Positions 57,737-64,000 of a stretch of 64,000 bases of DNA are shown one piece after another. The position numbers and the translations under genes were made by a program. The notes beneath the pieces were generated by a model. That model had not been told where the DNA came from, made no database searches, and was given only the letters and a program-made list of their open reading frames with translations. Numbering within the stretch: the first letter of the stretch is position 1; every line of letters begins with the position of its first letter. This DNA is from Candidatus Nomurabacteria bacterium. GTDB lineage: Bacteria; Patescibacteriota; Minisyncoccia; Phycocordibacterales; UBA9973. Location: positions 10,748 through 74,747 of the forward strand of contig JAPLXO010000011.1 in assembly GCA_026396065.1 (NCBI GenBank). Direction: 5' to 3'.

Positions 57737-58786
57737 ATGCTTATAAATTTGATTAAAATATTCTTACCAGCCACAGTTGCTTTCTTTTTAGGTATTTTAA
57801 TAACCCCTATTGCTACACATTTTTTTTATAAACATAAAATGTGGAAGAAATATGTACGAACTGAGGATTCTAAAAATGAAGACTTCAAAAAAATACACAA
57901 CACGACCGGGGAATTGGGGACACCTAGAGTAGGAGGAATAATTGTTTGGGTTTCTGTCTTAGGAACAACACTTATTTTTTATTTACTATCTATTTTATTT
58001 CCTTCTGATACTACTACAAAAATGAATTTTTTAAGTAGAAATCAAACTATTATCCCTTTTTTTACTTTATTATTTGGGTCATTACTTGGACTTATTGATG
58101 ATCTTATTCAAATATATGGTAAAGGAAAGATAGCTCACGACGATAAATCTTGGGGTAAAATAAAAGTATTTCTTATTGGGGGAATTTCTCTTTTAGTTGG
58201 AATTTGGTTTTTTTATAAACTTGGTATGCACTCTATTCACATCCCATTTGATGGTTCATGGGAACTGGGTCTTTTATTTATACCATTTTTTGTAATAATT
58301 TCTTTAGCTACATTTTCTGGTGGGGTTATAGATGGTATTGATGGTCTTTCTGGTGGGGTACTCACAGCTATTTTCGCATCTTACTCAATAATAGCGTTTA
58401 CACAAAACAAAATAGATATTTCAGCATTTTGTGCTGTTTTGACTGGAGGAACATTGGCCTTCCTTTGGTTTAATATACCTCCAGCAAGATTTTACATGGG
58501 GGAGACAGGTATGATGGGTTTAACAATAACTCTCGCCACAATAGCATTTATTACAGATACTGTTTTAATTTTACCAATAATTGCTTTTATATTAGTTATT
58601 TCTTCTTTATCAAGTATTATACAAATGTCATCAAAAAGATTTTTTAATAAGAAGATTTTTTTAGTTGCTCCATTACACCACCATTTACAAGCTCTTGGTT
58701 GGCCGAGCTATAAAATTACAATGCGTTTTTGGATTTTATCTGTAATCTTTGCAATTATTGGAGCAATCTTAGCTATAGTAAGTTAA
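57737..58786 (+). CDS. mraY: Phospho-N-acetylmuramoyl-pentapeptide transferase
   Basis: 349 aa; 10 TM; ELGTPRVGG (cf. KxGTPTMGG); GLIDDL; MGETG (MGDTG variant); followed by ftsW-murG. Confidence 0.8.
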   Translation: MLINLIKIFLPATVAFFLGILITPIATHFFYKHKMWKKYVRTEDSKNEDFKKIHNTTGELGTPRVGGIIVWVSVLGTTLIFYLLSILFPSDTTTKMNFLSRNQTIIPFFTLLFGSLLGLIDDLIQIYGKGKIAHDDKSWGKIKVFLIGGISLLVGIWFFYKLGMHSIHIPFDGSWELGLLFIPFFVIISLATFSGGVIDGIDGLSGGVLTAIFASYSIIAFTQNKIDISAFCAVLTGGTLAFLWFNIPPARFYMGETGMMGLTITLATIAFITDTVLILPIIAFILVISSLSSIIQMSSKRFFNKKIFLVAPLHHHLQALGWPSYKITMRFWILSVIFAIIGAILAIVS

Positions 58787-58801
58787 TAAATTTCTAATTT
58801 A

Positions 58802-59914
58802 ATGAAAGAAAAAAAAATAGATAAATTTTTTTTAGGTATAATTATTTTCCTCTTAGGAATAGGTGTAGCTATGTTTGTTTCAGCATCTTTGGGTATTTTA
58901 GTAAGAAGCGAGAAAACTTTTTATTCTGTATTGATAAGTCAATTAATTTTAGGTCTTGGTTTTGGTATTTTAGGTATGATTTTTTGCTTAAAAGTTAATT
59001 ATAAATTTTGGCGTAAACATGCATTTTTTATTTTTATTGGTTCAATCCTTTTAACTGCTGCAGTATTTATTCCTCACTTGGGTTTTACTCATGGTGGAGC
59101 AAGAAGATGGATAACACTTGGCTTTGTTTCTTTTCAACCTAGTGAAATTTTAAAATTTGGTTTTGTTATTTATTTTGCAGCATGGCTTTCTTGGGCAAAA
59201 AATAAAGTACGTAACTTTAAATTTGGAATATTACCGCTAGCTGTTATGTTAGCAATAATTGCTGGAATTCTTTTTAAACAACCAGATACAAAAAGTTTTA
59301 TTTTAATAACATTAACAGGTATTGCAATGCTTTTTATTTCTGGTGTACCTATCAAATATATTATAGGAATAGGACTATCTTTAGTTTTAGTTTTAGGAAT
59401 ATTGGTAACTTTCACCCCCTATTTAAAAGCTAGGGTAAATACTTTTATACATCCAGCAGAAGATTCTCAAGGTTCCTCTTATCAACTTCAACAATCATTG
59501 ATAGCCATGGGTTCAGGTGGAATTTTTGGAAGAGGATATGGGCAAAGTATACAAAAATTTAGCTATTTGCCAGAACCACAAGGAGATTCAATTTTTGCTG
59601 TTATAGGGGAAGAATTAGGATTTATTGGTTGTATATCAATAATATTTTTATATGTATTATTTGCTTTAAGAGGTCTAAGAATAGCAAACCGTTCCCCAGA
59701 TTTATTTAGTAGACTTCTTGTTTCCGGAATTGTTATACTAGTTACAGCACAATCATTTATGAATATTGCATCAATTACTGGGGTTTTTCCTTTAACCGGT
59801 GTACCACTTGTTTTTATGAGTCAGGGAGGCACATCGTTTATGATAGACTTAATGGTAATAGGTATTGTGCTTCAAATATCAAAATTCCAAAGGGAGAATT
59901 CGCAATTAACATAA
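58802..59914 (+). CDS. ftsW: SEDS-family peptidoglycan glycosyltransferase FtsW/RodA
   Basis: 370 aa; 10 TM; PSEILKFGFVIYFA and GDSIFAVIGEELGF SEDS motifs; between mraY and murG. Confidence 0.8.
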   Translation: MKEKKIDKFFLGIIIFLLGIGVAMFVSASLGILVRSEKTFYSVLISQLILGLGFGILGMIFCLKVNYKFWRKHAFFIFIGSILLTAAVFIPHLGFTHGGARRWITLGFVSFQPSEILKFGFVIYFAAWLSWAKNKVRNFKFGILPLAVMLAIIAGILFKQPDTKSFILITLTGIAMLFISGVPIKYIIGIGLSLVLVLGILVTFTPYLKARVNTFIHPAEDSQGSSYQLQQSLIAMGSGGIFGRGYGQSIQKFSYLPEPQGDSIFAVIGEELGFIGCISIIFLYVLFALRGLRIANRSPDLFSRLLVSGIVILVTAQSFMNIASITGVFPLTGVPLVFMSQGGTSFMIDLMVIGIVLQISKFQRENSQLT

Positions 59915-59932
59915 TTAAAATAAAAAAATAAA

Positions 59933-61063
59933 ATGAAAATTGTTTTTACTGGTGGTGGTACAGGTGGACACTTTTATCCAATCATCGCAATAGCACAAAG
60001 AGTCAACCAAATAGTAAGTAAAGAAAAAATACTACAAGTAAAATTGTATTATATTTCAGATAGCCCTTATGATAAGGCTGCACTTTTTGAAAATTCTTTA
60101 ATATATGAAGAAGTAAATGCTGGAAAATTAAGAACTTATTTTTCAATAAAAAATTTTTTTGATGTTTTTAAAACAATACTAGGAATATTGAAGGCGATTA
60201 TCAAACTTTATTTAATTTATCCAGATGTAGTTTTTGGTAAAGGTGGTTATGCATCTTTTCCTACACTTTTTGCAGCAAGACTTTTAAGAATACCTGTAAT
60301 TATTCATGATTCTGATTCTGCTCCAGGAAGAGTAAATCAATGGGCTGGAAAATTTGCAAAAAAAATAGCAATTTCTTTTCCTGAAGCAGGAAGTTATTTT
60401 CCAAAAGAAAAAACAGCATGGACTGGCCAACCAATTCGTTTAGAAATAGAAAAACCAGCACCTAAAGATGAATCATTGCGATATTGGAAATTAGAATCAA
60501 GCCTTCCTGTTATTTTTATAATTGGTGGATCTCAAGGAGCAGAGTTAATAAACAGTGTTATTCTAGATGCATTGCCAAGATTATTAGAAAACTTTCAAAT
60601 AATTCACCAAACTGGTGTATTAAATTTTAAAATGGTTTCAGAAAGAGCTAGTATTGTTTTAGCTAATAATCCAAATAAATCTAGATACCAAACAATAGAT
60701 TTTCTTAATCCTCTGCAATTAAAAACAGCTGCTGGTGCTGCTAGTATTATTATCTCTAGGGCTGGGTCTGGATTATTTGAAATTGCTGGATGGGGAGTAC
60801 CATCAATCTTAATTCCTTTTACAAATTCAAACGAAGATCACGCAAAGAAAAATGCATTTAATTATGCTCGAGCAGGGGCTTGCAGTGTAATAGAAGAAAT
60901 GAACATGACTGCAAATATTATGATTGCTGAAATAGATAGAATAATGGAAGACAAAATGACTTATGCTAGAATGTCTCAAAGTGCTAAAAATTTTAATAAA
61001 ATAGGTGCAGCTGAAAAAATAGCTCAAGCTTTAATTGATATTGCCCTTGGGCATGAAGAATAA
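59933..61063 (+). CDS. murG: UDP-N-acetylglucosamine--N-acetylmuramyl-(pentapeptide) pyrophosphoryl-undecaprenol N-acetylglucosamine transferase
   Basis: 376 aa; FTGGGTGGHFYPIIA N-terminal motif; GT-B fold. Confidence 0.88.
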   Translation: MKIVFTGGGTGGHFYPIIAIAQRVNQIVSKEKILQVKLYYISDSPYDKAALFENSLIYEEVNAGKLRTYFSIKNFFDVFKTILGILKAIIKLYLIYPDVVFGKGGYASFPTLFAARLLRIPVIIHDSDSAPGRVNQWAGKFAKKIAISFPEAGSYFPKEKTAWTGQPIRLEIEKPAPKDESLRYWKLESSLPVIFIIGGSQGAELINSVILDALPRLLENFQIIHQTGVLNFKMVSERASIVLANNPNKSRYQTIDFLNPLQLKTAAGAASIIISRAGSGLFEIAGWGVPSILIPFTNSNEDHAKKNAFNYARAGACSVIEEMNMTANIMIAEIDRIMEDKMTYARMSQSAKNFNKIGAAEKIAQALIDIALGHEE

Positions 61064-61129
61064 AGGTATTTTCAACTGATATTGACTTTTTATCAAAAAG
61101 GGTATATAATATAATACGGATTAGCTCAT

Positions 61130-61426
61130 ATGCGTCCGATATGTATTTTGATAACAGAAGAAGATTATATTGAAAGCATACTTTCAATAATTAAACCTGA
61201 AGAAAATCTTTTACAAGCAGTGTTTGAATCTGCTAAGAAGAAAAAAGTTGTTTTTTTATTTGATGAAAGAGTATCAACTACTCCTAGTAAAATAAAAAAA
61301 GGTGTTACAAAAGTTTCTAAAGATATCAATTTATCAGAGGAAACAATTTATGACTTAATTACAGACATGGTATTGAGAGTAAAAAATTACACTCAATCCA
61401 CCATAGTACCTGGTAATTTTGATTAA
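61130..61426 (+). CDS. Small hypothetical protein
   Basis: 98-aa ORF; followed by a strong terminator. Confidence 0.3.
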   Translation: MRPICILITEEDYIESILSIIKPEENLLQAVFESAKKKKVVFLFDERVSTTPSKIKKGVTKVSKDINLSEETIYDLITDMVLRVKNYTQSTIVPGNFD

Positions 61427-61473
61427 AAAATCCATGGCGGATTGAATCATCTAGATTCACAAAAGATTAACAC

Positions 61474-61515
61474 AAGCCCCATCAGAAATACTGAAGGGGC
61501 TTTGTTTATTTTTAT
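61474..61515 (+). terminator. Rho-independent terminator
   Basis: agcccc-atcagaaatactga-aggggct plus T-rich run. Confidence 0.7.
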
Positions 61516-61552
61516 GCCTTTTAAAAAATTAGAAAAATGATATAATAGAAAA

Positions 61553-62971
61553 ATGTCTGATAAAAAAGTAATTACAAGATTTGCGCCAAGTCCTACAGGT
61601 TTTATGCATGTTGGTGGTGTTCGCACTGCACTCTATGCGTGGCTTTGGGCAAAAAAAAATAATGGGGCTTTTATTTTAAGAATTGAAGACACAGATAAAG
61701 AACGAGAGGTTGAAGGTTCAATTGCACACATTATGGAGTCATTAAAATGGCTCGGTATACAATGGGATCAGGGACCTGATATAGGTGGCCCATATGGATC
61801 ATATATTCAATCAGAAAGATTAGAACTTTATAAAAAATATGCATTAAAACTTATTGAAAAAGGAGATGCTTACCCTGATCCATATACAAAAGAACAGCTT
61901 GATGAATTTAGGAAAAAAGCTGACGATGAAAAAAGACCATTCTTATATAGAGAACATAGGCCAGAGAATTTTGGTATATGGGATGGTACACAAGCTCTTC
62001 GTTTTAAAACTCCAGAAATAAAAAGTTATAAATGGCATGATGCTGTACGCGGAGATTTGAGTGCAGGAGAAGAAGCACTAGATGATTTTATTTTAATAAA
62101 AACTGATGGTTACCCTACATATAATTTTGCACACATTATTGATGACTTACAAATGGAAGTGACACATATAATGAGAGCTGATGAATTTATTTCGTCTACT
62201 CCGAAGTTTCTATCATTATATGATGCACTTGGAATAACACCACCAATTTTTGCAACGTTACCTCCGATTCTAGTAGAAGGAGGACATAAAAAACTGGGCA
62301 AACGTGATGGAGCAAAAGATATTTTAGAATACAAAAAAGAAGGGTACCTAAAAGAAACTATGATAAATTTCTTAGCACTTTTGGGCTGGAATCCAGGAGG
62401 AGAAAAAGAAATATATACAGTAGATGAATTAATAGAAGCTTTTACTCTAGAGAGAATTCAAATTTCTGGTGCACAAATGAACCTAGAGAAGCTTGATTGG
62501 ATGAATAAAGAACATATAAAAAAAATGAATCTGGAAGATTTAAAAAATAAAATTTTTGGATTTTTACCCAAAGAATATCAAAACGAAAAAATTATTCCTG
62601 TGATAGCTGAAAGAATTGCAAAATTTTCTGACATAACAGAAATGCTAGAGAAGGCTGAATTAAATTTCTTTTTTAAAGAACCAATTTATGATAAAACCAA
62701 ACTTATTTATAAAACTTCTACAAAAGAACAAACCGATATAAATATAAATAATGCCATAAAATCTTTGGAAGATTTAAACGAAAGTCAGTTTACAAAAGAA
62801 AATGTAAAAGAAGCTTTAATGCAACTTGCAAATGCTCTACCTAGCCGTGGAGAAATTTTGCATCCAATTCGTTTTGCTCTATCTGGACTAGACAAATCAC
62901 CAGATCCTTTTATTATTGCTGAAATTTTAGGAAAAAATGAAACTATTTCAAGATTACAAAAAGCGCTTTAA
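61553..62971 (+). CDS. gltX: Glutamyl-tRNA synthetase
   Basis: 472 aa; RFAPSPTGFMHVGGVRTAL (HIGH region); KLGKRDG (KMSKS-like). Confidence 0.9.
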   Translation: MSDKKVITRFAPSPTGFMHVGGVRTALYAWLWAKKNNGAFILRIEDTDKEREVEGSIAHIMESLKWLGIQWDQGPDIGGPYGSYIQSERLELYKKYALKLIEKGDAYPDPYTKEQLDEFRKKADDEKRPFLYREHRPENFGIWDGTQALRFKTPEIKSYKWHDAVRGDLSAGEEALDDFILIKTDGYPTYNFAHIIDDLQMEVTHIMRADEFISSTPKFLSLYDALGITPPIFATLPPILVEGGHKKLGKRDGAKDILEYKKEGYLKETMINFLALLGWNPGGEKEIYTVDELIEAFTLERIQISGAQMNLEKLDWMNKEHIKKMNLEDLKNKIFGFLPKEYQNEKIIPVIAERIAKFSDITEMLEKAELNFFFKEPIYDKTKLIYKTSTKEQTDININNAIKSLEDLNESQFTKENVKEALMQLANALPSRGEILHPIRFALSGLDKSPDPFIIAEILGKNETISRLQKAL

Positions 62972-64000
62972 TTTAATAACTTTTATAGTTTTAGGATTTG
63001 TAATAATAACTCCTATATATTTTTTACATGCACAAAGTGCAGAAGAAATTAACCAAAAGATATCACAGAGAAATTTAGATATAGATTATTTAGAAAAAGA
63101 AATTGCTCAATATCAAAACCAGCTAGACGATATTGGAAAACAAAAAAATTCTTTAAATAGTTCACTAAAGGAATTGGATATAAATAGTAAAAAATTAAAT
63201 GCAAACATAAAAGTAACTGAGCGTAAAATTGAAAACAAAAATTCTGAAATAAAAGATCTTGGTTTACAAATAAATGAAAAAGTTAATACAATAGACAACA
63301 ATAAGAATGCTATAGCTTTGGAAATAAAACAAACCAATGAATTTGAAAATAATACGATTTTAGAAAGTATTTTAAGTAAAAATAAAATTTCAAATATTTG
63401 GAAAGATATAGACACAATGTCTACCGTGCAAAATCAGATTAGGGAAAAAATTATTGAAATAAAAAATATCAAAACTAAATTAGAAAATACAAAAAATATC
63501 ACAGAGAAAGCAAGAAGTGAATTGATTTCTTTAAAATCAGATTTAGCAGATCAAAAAAAAATAGTTGACCAGAATACAAAAGATAAAAAAAAGTTATTGG
63601 CTCAAACAAAAAACAACGAAGCCTCTTATCAAAAACTTCTAAAAGATAAATTAGCAAAAAAAGAAGCATTTGAAAATGAGTTGCGAAATTATGAGTCACA
63701 ATTAAAATTTATTCTTGATCCTTCAAAACTACCAAATGGTGGAGTTCTTTCTTGGCCACTTGATAAAATTTATATGACTCAACTTTTTGGTAAAACAGAA
63801 GCAGGGAAGCGTTTATATGCAAATGGTACACATAATGGGGTAGACTTTCGTGCATCAGTCGGTACACCAGTAAAAGCTATGGCAAATGGAACAGTGATGG
63901 GTACAGGTGATACAGATCTTACTTGTTCTAGTGCTTCTTTTGGACGTTTTGTGTTTATTAAATATGATAATGGACTTTCTAGTACTTATGGTCATCTTTC
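62937..64000 (+). CDS. M23-family peptidoglycan metalloendopeptidase with N-terminal signal anchor and coiled coil (EnvC-like); 3' end beyond window
   Basis: Frame traced manually from ATG 62937 (MKLFQDYKKRFNLITFIVLGFVIITPIYFLHAQSAEE...). Long coiled coil, then HNGVDF...GTGDTD...STYGHLS (M23 LytM motifs). No stop within the window. Overlaps the gltX 3' end by ~35 nt. Confidence 0.7.
   Translation, partial: MKLFQDYKKRFNLITFIVLGFVIITPIYFLHAQSAEEINQKISQRNLDIDYLEKEIAQYQNQLDDIGKQKNSLNSSLKELDINSKKLNANIKVTERKIENKNSEIKDLGLQINEKVNTIDNNKNAIALEIKQTNEFENNTILESILSKNKISNIWKDIDTMSTVQNQIREKIIEIKNIKTKLENTKNITEKARSELISLKSDLADQKKIVDQNTKDKKKLLAQTKNNEASYQKLLKDKLAKKEAFENELRNYESQLKFILDPSKLPNGGVLSWPLDKIYMTQLFGKTEAGKRLYANGTHNGVDFRASVGTPVKAMANGTVMGTGDTDLTCSSASFGRFVFIKYDNGLSSTYGHL

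Noticed and set aside
1-64000. Alternative genetic code (UGA=Gly, code 25) as in some CPR lineages
   Set aside because: Long conserved ORFs are intact under the standard code. Most genes end in TAA and a few in TGA/TAG (e.g. paralog 4 at 18457). No conserved protein requires read-through.

Overview
Low-GC (~32%) compact bacterial chromosome segment. Gene content and organisation resemble a reduced CPR/Patescibacteria-like genome; that assignment is inference only. Standard stop codons are used (mostly TAA, some TAG/TGA), so code 25 is rejected.

The window opens with a conserved ribosomal/RNAP block (infA-rpmJ-rpsM-rpsK-rpsD-rpoA-rplQ, rplM-rpsI), then runs into the grpE / dnaK / dnaJ chaperone locus. 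That locus is interrupted twice:
- between grpE and dnaK: a tRNA-like 3' fragment, G-rich repeat elements and a minus-strand PaaX-like regulator;
- between dnaK and dnaJ: a ~15 kb same-strand island (8702-23815).

The island consists of:
- two paralogous VirD4/TraG/HerA-like P-loop ATPases (8702-10978, 20448-21920) bracketing the array;
- six tandem, tightly packed paralogs of an unrecognised ~580-640 aa cysteine-rich protein family;
- N- and C-terminal zinc-ribbon-like units and an internally duplicated Cys-rich module in every copy.

Every paralog ends in ...YCE(K/D)CYQxE(V/I)Y. A seventh paralog sits alone in the cell-wall gene cluster (55934-57691). Two paralogs carry an identical ~127-nt palindromic insert at the same N-terminal codon. 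A ~45-nt hairpin plus G-rich repeat element recurs at module boundaries. I consider this island the most likely undescribed system in the window.

The second notable region is a 2083-aa Tc-toxin-BC-like / Rhs polymorphic toxin (28363-34614): SpvB N-terminal domain, FG-GAP-like repeats, YD repeats, RHS core ending ...ARYYNSANGQFVSEDP, and an unrecognised ~220-aa C-terminal domain. It is followed by candidate immunity and small exported proteins.

The remainder is housekeeping: PBP2, arginase-family enzyme, NUDIX, EamA transporters, orphan sensor histidine kinase, cysS, corA-like, rplU, recR, dnaB, trpS plus TrpR-like, aspS, riboflavin kinase, pepN, scpAB, DacA-like, mraY-ftsW-murG, gltX, and a partial M23 peptidase.

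No CRISPR array, integrase, relaxase or complete tRNA was found.
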